A program made the translations under genes and the position numbers. From positions 38,440,001 through 38,504,000 of the forward strand of contig OZ024750.1 in NCBI GenBank assembly GCA_964016885.1: a DNA stretch of 64,000 bases, written 5' to 3'. The notes beneath the pieces were generated by a model, which saw only the letters and a program-made list of their open reading frames with translations, was not told the DNA's origin and did not search any database. This DNA is from Eledone cirrhosa. Its lineage: Eukaryota. Below, one piece after another: positions 1 through 14,840 of this stretch. How positions within the stretch are numbered: the stretch's first letter is position 1; each line of letters begins with the position of its first letter.

Positions 1-3000
1 GTACACTGTATGTGATGTACCATGAAGCTATGACTAACCTGTACACTCTATGTGATTTACCATGAAGCTATGGCTAACCTGTACACTGTATGTGATGTAC
101 CATGAAGCTATGGCTAACCTGTACACTGTATGTGATGTACCATGAAGCTATGGCTAACCTGTACACTGTATGTGATGTACCATGAAGCTATGGCTAACCT
201 GTACACTGTATGTGATGTACCATGAAGCTATGTCTAACCTGTACACTGTATATGATGTACCATGAAGCTATGACTAACATGTACACTGTATGCGATGTAC
301 CATGAAGCTATGACTAACCTGTACACTGTATGTGATGTACCATGAAGCTATGACTAACCTGTACACTGTATGTGATGTACCATGAAGCTATGACTAGCCT
401 GTACACTGTATGTGATGTACCATGAAGCTATGACTAACCTATACACTGTATGTGATGTACCATGTAGCTATGACTAACCTTTACACTGTATGTGATGTAC
501 CATGAAGCTATGGCTAACCTGTACACTGTATGTGATGTACCATGAAGCTATGGCTAACCTGTACACTGTATGTGATGTACCATGAAGTTATGACTAACAT
601 GTACACTGTATGTGATGTACCATGAAGCTATGACTAACATGTACACTGTATGTGATGTACCATGAAGCTATGGATAACCTGTACACTGTATGTGATGTAC
701 CATGAAGCTATGACTAACCTATACACTCTATGTGATGTACCATGAAGCTATGACTAACCTGTACACTGTATGTGATGTACCATGAAGCTATGACTAACCT
801 ATACACTGTATGTGATGTACCATGAAGCTATGACTAACCTTTACACTGTATGTGATGTACCATGAAGCTATGGCTAACCTGTACACTCTATGTGATGTAC
901 CATGAAGCTATGACTAAACTATACACTGTATGTGATGTACCATGCAGCTATGACTAACCTGTACACTGTTTGTGATGTACCATGAAGCTATGGCTAACAT
1001 GTACACTGTATGTGATGTACCTTGAAGCTATGGCTACCCTGTACACTGTATGTGATGTACCATGAAGTTATAGCTAACCTGTACACTGTATGTGATGTAC
1101 TATGAAGCTATGACTAATCTGTACACTGTATGTGATGTACCATGAAGCTATGACTAATCTGTACACTGTATGTGATGTAACATGAAGCTATAGCTAACCT
1201 GTACACTGTATGTGATGTACCATGAAGCTATGACTAACCTATACACTGTATGTGATGTACCATAAAGCTATTGCTAACATGTACACTGTATGTGATGTAC
1301 CATGAAGTTATAGCTAACCTGTACACTGTATGTGATGTACCATGAAGCTATGACTAATCTGTACACTGTATGTGATGTACCATGAAGCTATAGCTAACCT
1401 GTACACTGTATGTGATGTACCATGAAGCTATAGCTAACCTATACACTGTATGTGATGTACCATGAAGCTATGACAAACCTGTACACTGCATGTGATGTAC
1501 CATGAAGCTATGACTAACCTATACACTGTATGTGATGTACCATGAAGCTATGACTAACCTGTACACTGTATGTGATGTACCATGAAGCTATGACTAACCT
1601 GTACACTGTATGTGATGTACTATGAAGCTATGACTAACCTATACACTGTATGTGATGTACCATGAAGCTATGACTAACCCGTACACTGTATGTGATGTAC
1701 CATGAAGCTATGACTAACCTATACACTGTATGTGATGTACCATGAAGCTATGACTAACCTGTACACTGTATGTGATGTACCATGAAGCTATGGCTAACCT
1801 GTACACTGTTTGTGATGTACCATGAAGCTATGGCTAACCTGTACACTGTATGTGATGTACCATGAAGTTATAGCTAACCTGTACACTGTATGTGATGTAC
1901 CATGAAGCTATGACTAATCTGTACACTGTATGTGATGTACCATGAAGCTATAGCTAACCTGTACACTGTATGTGATGTACCATGAAGCTATGACTAACCT
2001 GTACACTGTATGTGATGTACCATGAAACTATGACTAACCTGTACACTGTATGTGATGTACCATGAAGCTATAGCTAACCTGTACACTGTATGTGATGTAC
2101 CATCAAGCTATGACTAACCTGTACACTGTATGTGATGTACCATGAAGCTATGACTAACCTGTACACTGTATATGATGTACCATGAAGCTATGACTAACAT
2201 GTACACAGTATGCGATGTACCATGAAGCTATGACTAACCTGTACACTGTATGTGATGTACCATGAAGCTATGACTAACCTGTACACTGTATGTGATGTAC
2301 CATGAAGCTATGACTAACCTGTACACTGTATGTGATGTACCATGAAGCTATGACTAACCTATACACTGTATGTGATGTACCATGTAGCTATGACTAACCT
2401 TTACACTGTATGTGATGTACCATGAAGCTATGGCTAACGTGTACTCTGTATGTGATGTACCATGAAGTTATGACTAACATGTACACTGTATGTGATGTAC
2501 CATGAAGCTATGACTAACCTGTACACTGTATGTGATGTACCATGAAGCTATGGATAACCTGTACACTGTATGTCATGTACCATGAAGCTATGACTAACCT
2601 ATACACTCTATGTGATGTACCATGAAGCTATGACTAACCTGTACACTGTATGTGATGTACCATGAAGCTATGACTAACCTATACACTGTATGTGATGTAC
2701 CATGAAGCTATGACTAACCTGTACACTGTATGTGATGTACCATGAAGCTATGACTAACCTGTACACTGTATGTGATGTACCATGAAGCTATGACTAACCT
2801 ATACACTGTATGTGATGTACCATGCAGCTATGACTAACCTGTACACTGTATGTGATGTACCATGAAGCTATGGCTAACCTGTACACTGTATGTGATGTAC
2901 CTTGAAGCTATGGCTAACCTGTACACTGTATGTGATGTACCATGAAGTTATAGCTAACCTGTACACTGTATGTGATGAACTATGAAGCTATGACTAATCT

Positions 3001-5665
3001 GTACACTGTATGTGATATACCATGAAGCTATGACTAATCTGTACACTGTATGTGATGTAACATGAAGCTATAACTAACCTGTACACTGTATGTGATGTAC
3101 CATGAAGCTATGACTAACCTATACACTGTATGTGATGTACCATGAAGCTATAGCTAACCTGTACACTGTATGTGATGTACCATGAAGTTATAGCTAACCT
3201 GTACACTGTATGTGATGTACCATGAAGCTATGACTAATCTGTACACTGTATGTGATGTACCATGAAGCTATAGCTAACCTGTACACTGTATGTGATGTAA
3301 CATGAAGCTATAGCTAACCTGTACACTGTATGTGATGTACCATGAAGCTATGACTAACCTGTACACTGTATGTGATGTACCATGAAGCTATAGCTAACCT
3401 GTACACTGTATGTGATGTACCATGAAGCTATGACTAACCTGTACACTGTATGTGATGTACCATGAAGCTATGACTAACATGTACACTGTATGTGATGTAC
3501 CATGAAGCTATGACTAACCTGTACACTGTATGTGATGTACCATGAAGCTATGGCTAACCTGTACACTGTATGTGATGTACCATGAAGCCATGGCTAACCT
3601 GTACACTGTATGTGATGTACCATGAAGCTATGACTAACCTATACACTGTATGTGATGTACCATGAAGCTATGACTAACCCGTACACTGTATGTGATGTAC
3701 CATGAAGCTATGGCTAACCTGTACACTGTATGTGATGTACCATGAAGCTATGGCTAACCTGTACACTGTATGTGATGTACCATGAAGCTATGGCTAACCT
3801 GTACACTGTATGTGATGTACCATGAAGCTATGACTAACCTATACACTGTATGTGATGTACCATGAAGCTATGACTAACCTGTACACTGTATGTGATGTAC
3901 CATGAAGCTATGGCTAACCTGTACACTGTTTGTGATGTACCATGAAGCTATGGCTAACCTGTACACTGTATGTGATGTACCATGAAGTTATAGCTAACCT
4001 GTACACTGTATGTGATGTAGCATGAAGCTATGACTAATCTATACACTGTATGTGATGTACCATGAAGCTATAGCTAACCTGTACACTGTATGTGATGTAC
4101 CATGAAGCTATGACTAACCTGTACACTGTATGTGATGTACCATGAAGCTATGACTAACCTGTACACTGTATGTGATGTAACATGAAGCTATAGCTAACCT
4201 GTACACTGTATGTGATGTACCATGAAGCTATGACTAACCTATACACTGTATGTGATGTACCATGAAGCTATAGCTAACCTGTACACTGTATGTGATGTAC
4301 CATGAAGCTATTGCTAACCTGTACACTGTATGTGATGTACTATGAAGTTATAGCTAACCTGTACACTGTATGTGATGTACCATGAAGCTATGACTAATGT
4401 GTACACTGTATGTGATGTACCATGAAGCTATAGCTAACCTGTACACTGTATGTGATGTACCATGAAGCTATGACTAACCTATACACTGTATGTGATGTAC
4501 CATGATGCTATGACTAACCTGTACACTGTATGTGATGTACCATGAAGCTATTGCTAACCTGTACACTGTATGTGATGTACCATGAAGCTATGACTAACCT
4601 GTACACTGTATGTGATGTACCATGAAGCTTTGGCTAACCTGTACACTGTATGTGATGTACCATGAAGCTATGACTAACCTGTACACTGTATGTGATGTAC
4701 CATGAAGCTATGTCTAACCTGTAAACTGTATGTGATGTACCATGAAGTTATAGCTAACCTGTACACTGTATGTGATGTAACATGAAGCTATAGCTAACCT
4801 GTACACTGTATGTGATGTACCATGAAGCTATGACTAACCTGTACACTGTATGTGATGTACCATGAAGCTATGACTAACCTGTACACTGTATGTGATGTAC
4901 TATGAAGCTATAGCTAACCTATACACTGTATGTGATGTACCATGAAGCTATGACTAATCTGTAAACTGTATGTGATGTACCATGAAGTTATAGCTAACCT
5001 GTACACTGTATGTGATGTAACATGAAGCTATAGCTAACCTGTACACTGTATGTGATGTACCATGAAGCTATGACTAACCTGTACACTGTATGTGATGTAC
5101 CATGAAGCTATGACTAACCTGTACACTGTATGTGATGTACTATGAAGCTATAGCTAACCTATACACTGTATGTGATGTACCATGAAGCTATGACTAATCT
5201 GTAAACTGTATGTGATGTACCATGAAGTTATAGCTAACTTGTACACTGTGATGTACCATGAAGCTATGACTAACCTGTACACTGTATGTGATGTACCATG
5301 AAGCTATAGCTATCCTGTACACTGTATGTGATGTACCATGAAGCTATAGCTAACCTGTACACTCTATGTGATGTACCATGAAGCTATGACTAACCTGTAC
5401 ACTATATGTGATGTACCATGAAGCTATGACTAACCTGGAGACTGTATGTGATGTACCATGAAGCTATGACTAACCTGGAGACTGTATGTGATGTACCATG
5501 AAGCTATGACTAACCTGGAGACTGTATGTGATGTACCATGAAGCTATGGCTAACCTGTACACTGTATGTGATGTACCACGAAGCTATGACTAACCTGTAC
5601 ACTGTATGTGATGTACCACGAAGCTATGACTAACCTGTACACTGTATGTGATGTACCACGAAGCT
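1..5665. repeat. 40-bp tandem satellite (GTACACTGTATGTGATGTACCATGAAGCTATGACTAACCT)n, ~141 units, runs off the left edge
   Basis: Direct 40-bp periodicity with scattered point variants and no spacers. Confidence 0.98.
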
Positions 5666-7362
5666 TAAATTCAGAGAGACGCCACACTGCTTCTGGTGGA
5701 GACACATACCTGCAACCAAGATAGTTTCCTATTTCATCATGGTTATGTTGGTTCTGAACATCATTAGGTAATGCATTATCCGTTACTTCTATAGAGGCGC
5801 AATCATGCCCCTTGTAAACATATTTAACCCTTTAGCATTTACATTTCTCTATATATACTATCGTATTTTCCTATTAAACACTTTATTTTACATAATTATC
5901 TCATATAATATCGAATCTAAGAGATTTTGATATTATTTATTTTGAGAACAATACCTTAACATAGGTATGAGCAGCTGGTTATGGCTGGTTTGAACACCAA
6001 GTGGTGAGACAATTCTGGCCGGATATGGCCGATTTAAATGCTAAAGAGCAAACTTCATAGAAGAGCAAATTTCAACATTAATATGTGCACAATATTTCTT
6101 AAGCAAAAAGGCATTAAACGGCCCAACATTCCTGTTATCTACTGAATGTCATCCAATTTTTCACCTCAGTTACCATCTTTCCCTCCTGTACTCTGGATAT
6201 CCATTTAGGTTCAATAATGTTTCCTCTCTGTAGGTTTTTGGATAGTTCTTTTGGCAAAATCCATTTTGCATACATGGGGGAAAAGGGTTTCCAGAACCAC
6301 ATGGGCCATGGATCATAAGCTTTTTAACCTGCTCAAGTAGTACCAGACCTTCTTCCAATGCAGGTATTTCTGTTGACACAATTCTGTCAATGTCTTCTCT
6401 GTTTCTTATCTTGTCTTCATATCTTAAGATGTCCAACATATGGCGATGAAGAAATCCTCTTTTTTGAAACTCAATGACGTAAATTTGAGCCACTGGCACA
6501 CCAAGAATGTGTCTTTCTTTGATATCTTTCATCATTTCAGAAAGCTGAGCCTTAAAAACTCCGGCAACTAAATCTGGTCTGTTTCTGCTGCTTCATTTTG
6601 ATTTAAATTATTTCGAATATCAGGGCATTTAGGGTTGCATGTATAAGTTATAAAAATAGCTGGCTTGCCATATCTGGCAACAATTGTCATAGTATCCCAA
6701 AAGTTATGATGCATGTTTCTTGGACTGCCAGTGAAGAATGATGGCAAAATAACTGGCACCCTAATCTCATTGCTATCATCTGGACTAGTCCACTCGCAAT
6801 TGGGCTTGATTGTTCCTCAAATATAGAAGCCTGCATCCCTCTACTTTGACACAGGCCCCCACTACATACTGTTGAAATAATTTGCCTGCCCTATATATCA
6901 CACTGAATCCTCCTCTATATGCTATACAGTATCTGAAATACTCCTGCATTGTCAGTCTATTGCAGACACGGGTCCCACGTTCTTCCACATGTTGCATGCC
7001 ACTATGCCACCCAAATTCACCATGTGGGAACAATAGGTCATGAGGTCCAAGTGGCATGAAGTATATAGTAATTTTTTTAGGAGGATGGTATTTAGGTTGG
7101 ACGACAATACCTCTGTGTACAGGTGGTGCTCCATCTATCCACACAAAACAACAGCTATTTCATTGCTAGTTGGTAAATTGTAACGTCCAATATCTGATCC
7201 TCTTCTAAATCTTAATCCACAGTTCTGTACAGGTGGATTTTCTCTTCTTGCTCTGTTCCTCTTGTTCTATGCCATGCATTGTATTGTACACTTTGACTTA
7301 TGGATTACATTCATGCAAACGTCCCTTATCATAGTCATTGTTTGTGGGGAGCAGTCATTATT
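5666..7362 (-). mobile_element. Degenerate Helitron RepHel fragment (helitron_like_N and HUH Rep region)
   Basis: Minus-strand peptides in canonical order, with stops and frameshifts: GKLFQQYVV, LPSFFTGSPR, YVIEFQKRGFLHRH (HUH motif), MIHGPCG, YCAHINVEIC, KYVYKGHD, DEIGNYLGCRYVSPPEAVWRL. Confidence 0.93.
5824..6050. mobile_element. piggyBac-type MITE remnant inserted in the Helitron
   Basis: Left end TTAA-CCCTTTAGCATTT; degenerate right end AAATGCTAAAGAG. Helitron coding sequence resumes on both sides. Confidence 0.6.
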
Positions 7363-7363
7363 A

Positions 7364-9845
7364 ACAGTGTACAGGTTAGTTATAGCTTCATGGTACATCA
7401 TATACAGTGCACTGGTTAGCTATTACTTCATGGTACATCACATACAGTGTACAGATTAGTCATAGCTTCATGGTACATCACATACAGTGTACAGGTTAGC
7501 CATAGCTTCATGGTACATCGCATACAGGTACATCGCATACAGTGTTCAGGTTAGCCATAGCTTCATGGTACATCACATACAGTGTACAGGTTAGTCATAG
7601 CTTCATGGTATATCACATACAGTGTACAGGTTAGTCATAGCTTCATGGTACATCACATACAGTGTACATGTTAGTCATAGCTTCATGGTACATCGCATAC
7701 AGTGTACAGGTTAGTCATAGCTTCATGGTACATCACATACAGTGTACAGGTTAGTCATAGCTTCATGGTACATCACATACAGTGTACAGGTTAGTCATAG
7801 CTTCATGGTATATCACATACAGTGTACAGGTTAGTCATAGCTTCATGGTACATCACATACAGTGTACAGGTTAGTCATAGCTTCATGGTACATCACATAT
7901 AGTGTTCAGGTTAGTCATAGCTTCATGGTACATCACATACAGTGTACATGTTAGTCATAGCTTCATGGTACATCACATACAGTGTACAAGTTAGTCATAG
8001 CTTCATGGTACATCACATACAGTGTACAGGTTAGTCATAGCTTCATGGTACATCACATATAGTGTAGAGGTTAGTCATAGCTTCATGGTACATCGCATAC
8101 AGTGTGTACAGGTTAGTCATAGCTTCATGGTACATCACATACAGTGTACAGGTTAGTCATAGCTTCATGGTACATCACATACAGTGTACATGTTAGTCAA
8201 AGCTTCATGGTACATCACATACAGTGTACAAGTTAGTCATAGCTTCATGGTACATCACATACAGTGTACAGGTTAGTCATAGCTTCATGGTACATCACAT
8301 ATAGTGTAGAGGTTAGTCATAGCTTCATGGTACATCGCATACAGTGTGTACAGGTTAGTCATAGCTTCATGGTACATCACATACAGTGTACAGGTTAGTC
8401 ATAGCTTCATGGTACATCACATACAGTGTACATGTTAGTCAAAGCTTCATGGTACATCACATACAGTGTACAGGTTAGTCATAGCTTCATGGTACATCAC
8501 ATATAGTGTAGAGGTTAGTCATAGCTTCATGGTACATCGCATACAGTGTGTACAGGTTAGTCATAGCTTCATGGTACATCACATACAGTGTACAGGTTAG
8601 TCATAGCTTCATGGTACATCACATACAGTGTACATGTTAGTCAAAGCTTCATGGTACATCACATACAGTGTACAGGTTAGTCATAGCTTCATGGTACATC
8701 ACATACAGTGTACATGTTAGTCATAGCTTCATGGTACATCACATACAGTGTACAGGTTAGTCATAGCTTCATGGTACATCACATACAGTGTACAGGTTAG
8801 TCATAGCTTCATGGTACATCACATACAGTGTACATGTTAGTCATAGCTTCATGGTACATCACATACAGTGTACAGGTTAGTCATAGCTTCATGGTACATC
8901 AAATACAGTGTACAGGTTAGTCATAGCTTCATGGTATATCACATACAGTGTACAGGTTAGCCATAGCTTCATGGTACATTACATAGTGTGTACAGGTTAG
9001 TCATAGCTTCATGGTACATCACATATAGTGTAGAGGTTAGTCATAGCTTCATGGTACATTACATACAGTGTACAGGTTAGTCATAGCTTCATGGTACATC
9101 ACATAGTGTGTACAGGTTAGTCATAGCTTCATGGTACATCACATATAGTGTAGAGGTTAGTCATAGCTTCATGGTACATCACATAGTGTGTACAGGTTAG
9201 TCATAGCTTCATGGTACATCACATATAGTGTAGAGGTTAGTCATAGCTTCATGGTACATTACATACCGTGTACAGGTTAGTCATAGCTTCATGGTACATC
9301 ACATATAGTGTAGAGGTTAGTCATAGCTTCATGGTACATCACATACAGTGTACAGGTTAGTCATAGCTTCATGGTACATCACATACAGTGTACAGGTTAG
9401 TCATAGCTTCATGGTACATCACATACAGTGTACAGGTTAGTCATAGCTTTATGGTACATCACATACAGTGTACATGTTAGTCATAGCTTCATGGTACATC
9501 ACAAACAGTGTACAGGTTAGTCATAGCTTCATGGTACATCACATACAGTGTACAGGTTAGTCATAGCTTCATGGTACATCACATATAGTGTAGAGGTTAG
9601 TCATAGCTTCATGGTACATCAGATACAGTGTACAGGTTAGTCATAGCTTCATGGTACATCACATACAGTGTACAGGTTAGCCATAGCTTCATGGTACATC
9701 ACATATAGTGTAGAGGTTAGTCATAGCTTCATGGTACATCAGATACAGTGTACAGGTTAGTCATAGCTTCATGGTACATCAGATACAGTGTACAGGTTAG
9801 CCATAGCTTCATGGTACATCACATACAGTGTACAGGTTAGCCATA
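7364..9845. repeat. Same 40-bp satellite in the opposite orientation, ~62 units
   Basis: Unit AGCTTCATGGTACATCACATACAGTGTACAGGTTAGTCAT is the reverse complement of the unit in 1-5665. Confidence 0.98.
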
Positions 9846-10335
9846 CACCTGGAGAACAAACAGAGTTTACTTTGAAAGAAGCAATGCTCAGGTCGCTGCA
9901 GAAATGCAGGGACACTGAGATACGCCCCTTACTGCCTGGTTCAAGCTAAATGAAGAAGACAAATATGCCATTAAATACCTATATCCAGAAATTCCAGAAC
10001 ACTATGTGTTCAATGACACCAACAGAAAATAGATGCCAAGAAGAAGGAACAATCATATCATTAGTAGAATTTACACAGTCAGCCCCAGAGTTGTTGAAAA
10101 TTTTTATTTAAGAGTGTTGCTACTTCACGTGCCAGGTGCTAAGAGTTTTGAAGAACTTCAAACAGTAGAGGAAGAAACGTTTCCAACCTACGACTTGATC
10201 TTATTGAAAACGATGACTATTTAAGCCAAGCTCTGCAGGAAGCTGCTACCTACCACATTCCAACACAACTTTCTAAGGTGTTTGCTGCTCTGCTGTGCAT
10301 TTATTCTGTGACAGCCAATGCACTGCAATTGTGAA
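9846..10335 (+). mobile_element. Helitron RepHel fragment, continuing from the satellite-amplified motif
   Basis: Peptides IHLENKQS, LTAWFKLN, YLYPEIPEHYVF, ISRIYTVSP..ENFYLRVLLLHVPGAKSFEELQTV and ALQEAATYHIPTQL. Confidence 0.9.
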
Positions 10336-10505
10336 ACACACTTTGGATATAATCCATTTCTCATCATATTGGCCTGCTAATTCCGTGTCAGTAAACTTTG
10401 ATCTTGGGCAGCTAAGATGAAGCCTTCACTCTATGCTTTTAATCCTGAGCTAGGTAGCCATTGATGGATGTGCTTTTGGTCAACATCAGCTTGTTTGCTA
10501 CGGGC

Positions 10506-11001
<496 letters not shown>

Positions 11002-11056
11002 TGTGTGTGTGTGTGTGCAAAATGTAAACAGAAATAACAAAGCAAATGACATTATT

Positions 11057-11160
11057 GCCGAGGTTAACTTTGCCTTTCATCCTTACGGGGTCGATAAAAT
11101 AAAGTACCAGTAATGCACTGGGTAATTGCTGGCCTTGTGCCAAAAGTAGAAACAATTATT
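11057..11160 (+). mobile_element. tRNA-derived SINE, 3' half
   Basis: Matches the full copies at 56128 and 56553 (TTTGCCTTTCATCCTTACGGGGTCGATAAAATAAAGTACCAG...GAAACAATTATT). Confidence 0.85.
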
Positions 11161-11519
11161 TTAAATGACACTAATTTTACGCTATTCATAAAATAACTTT
11201 ATTAATAATTAAAAACGGTAAAGGAAGGGAAAGGGAAGGGCTCTAGTGTCACAGAATAATGGGGAGGAGCTGGGCTCTGGGCCTAGGGCGCATTGGTATT
11301 GAGGCTGCGCGGACGGGACCGCAAAGTCATTTTACGCTTGATATAGTAGGAAAAGCGTCTATACACAGACGCATACAAACACATACACAGACACACACAA
11401 ACACATACACAGACACACACAAAAACATACACAGACACACACAAACACATATACACACACACACATAAACATGCACAAACACATTCAAACACACATAAAC
11501 ACGCACAAACACGCAAACA

Positions 11520-12270
11520 AGGTTAGAACAGAAAGTAGGACTAAATATATGAGAAACCGGTCACTCTCCGACAGGTTTGCGGTTGTACCCTTGGCAGTGG
11601 AGACTTCTGGTGTCCTCGGCCCTAGGGCTATCTCCCTACTCACCACCATAGGCGCTGAGTTGGTACCTTTAGCAGTGGAGACTTCTGGTGTCCTCGGCCC
11701 TAGGGATACCTCCCTACTCACCACCGTAGGTGCAGAGCTGGCTACCTGTAGCAGTGGAGACTTCTGGTGTCCTCGGCCCTAGGGCTACCTCCCTACTCAA
11801 CACCATAGGCGCTGAGCTGGCTACCTGTAGCAGTGGAGATTCTGGTGTCCTCGGCCCTAGGGCTACCTCCCTACTCACCACCATAGGTGCAGAGCTGGCT
11901 ACCTGTAGCAGTAGAGACTTCTGGTGTCCTTGACCCTAGGTCTACCTCCCTACTTACCACCATAGGCAAAGACCTGGCTACCTGTAGCAGTGGAGACCTC
12001 TGGTGTCCTCGGCCCTAGGGCTACCTCCCTACTCACCACCATAGACACAGACCTGGCTACCTGTAGCAGTGGAGACTTCTGGTGTCCTCGGCCCTAGGGC
12101 TACCTCCCTACTTACCACCATAGACACAGACCTGGTTACCTGTAGCAGTGGAGACTTCTGGTGTCCTCGGCCCCAGGGCTACCTCCCTACTCACCACCAT
12201 AGGCGCTGAGCTGGCTACCTGTAGTAGTGAGACTTCTGGTGTCCTCGGCCCTAGGGCTACCTCCCTACTC
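11520..12270 (+). repeat. 78-79-bp minisatellite (~8.5 units from ~11590) amplified from a CRE-like LINE endonuclease fragment
   Basis: Tandem GCAGTGGAGACTTCTGGTGTCCTCGGCCCTAGGG... units. The first unit is in frame with KY..RSLSDRFAVVPLAVETSGVLGPRAISLLTTIG. Confidence 0.8.
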
Positions 12271-12287
12271 ATGAAATGAAAACTAAA

Positions 12288-12440
12288 TGGAATAGCTTAG
12301 ATAGGACTAAACATAAGATAAGGAAAGCCACTTCATGGTACGACAATCAGAGATACCAGAGTGTCATGTTCATGGATGCTACCCCTGGGTGGAAATTAGC
12401 TAACCAATGTAGAAAGGCCCTAAGAAAGACCCACTTAAAT
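12288..12440 (+). mobile_element. Diverged Penelope-like fragment
   Basis: Aligns by eye to 27102-27256 (WNSLDR..HKI.KATSWYDNQRYQSVMF). Confidence 0.85.
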
Positions 12441-12681
12441 ATTTAAAAATATCACTGGAAAAAAAAAAACAGTATATAAAATGATGTATGTACGTCATAG
12501 AAAAATTGTGACGTTGTGAGTTAGACTGTATACTTTCCATATTAAATATATTGGGAATTGAAAGAAAATAAAATACAAATTTTTATTTGCAATTTAGGAA
12601 CGGGTGTTATACCACCTTTCCTATGAATTAGTAGTTCGTTTATTTATATTCATTAAATTTATTTTTCATGAGATTATCAAA

Positions 12682-12877
12682 ATGCCGTCCCCTCAGAGAA
12701 AACGAAAGGTATCACCGTTTACCTCATTCCTTAATTTTGTGCCTTATAAGAAGCCGTTGAATTATGTTAATTCTGATATTAAACAAAACTCGAAACCTAA
12801 CGCTAAAACTGGAAGTAATCAGCTATCATATCGCCAAATATTAAATGACCACAACTATTCCCTGATAAAATCTTTAG
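12682..12877 (+). CDS. TSSK: TSSK-family kinase, coding exon 1
   Basis: AAAATG start; MPSPQRKRKV...ILNDHNYSLIKSL-G followed by a G|GTGAGT donor in phase 1. It joins exon 2 to give the Gly-loop LGSGSYSKV. Confidence 0.8.
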
Positions 12878-13276
12878 GTGAGTTTTTTTTTTTTTTAAGG
12901 ACAATCATACGTACATTCAGCCACTTATGCACATTTACACATACACACACACATACACACACACTCTCTCTCTCTCACACACACACACACATACATACAT
13001 ACATACATACATACATACATACATACATACATACATACATACATACATACATACATACATACATACGTACATGGTTTAGTACGAAAAAAGAAGCCCTCGG
13101 TATGTAAACAGAGGTAATTTATATAATTTAATACATCGACTAGCGGTTTCATAGTCTTTGTTGATGGAAGCACCTATTTACAATTAGCATAAATTATATG
13201 TACAGCCTGTCATAACTAATCTTTGGTCATTATTCATGTCCAGCTACTAATACCATGTATTAATATATATATATAT

Positions 13277-14657
<1,381 letters not shown>

Positions 14658-14794
14658 CGCGCACGTGTAATTGATGGCATGTATGAATGTATGTATGTAT
14701 GTATGTATGTATGCAAAAAGTAAATGGAAACAACAAAGCAAACAACACAGTACAATGAAGAAATATATTAGTTTAACGCTTGATATAGTAGGAA

Positions 14795-14840
14795 AACAGT
14801 ATTTACGTTTCGGACACTAATCCTTCATCAGAAGATAGAA
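14795..14840 (-). ncRNA. Minimal hammerhead-ribozyme-like motif (stem I weak)
   Basis: Minus strand: CTGATGA-A-GGA-ttagtg-TCC-GAAA-CG-TA. Confidence 0.5.

Noticed and set aside
1-9845. 40-bp repeats as a CRISPR array
   Set aside because: Units are contiguous with no unique spacers, there are no cas genes, and the context is eukaryotic.
12490-12515. Two half-CRE motifs (CGTCA, TGACG) upstream of the TSSK ATG as a testis promoter
   Set aside because: Five-base motifs are too short to support a call. A possible acceptor AG at 12596-12597 suggests the promoter may lie elsewhere.
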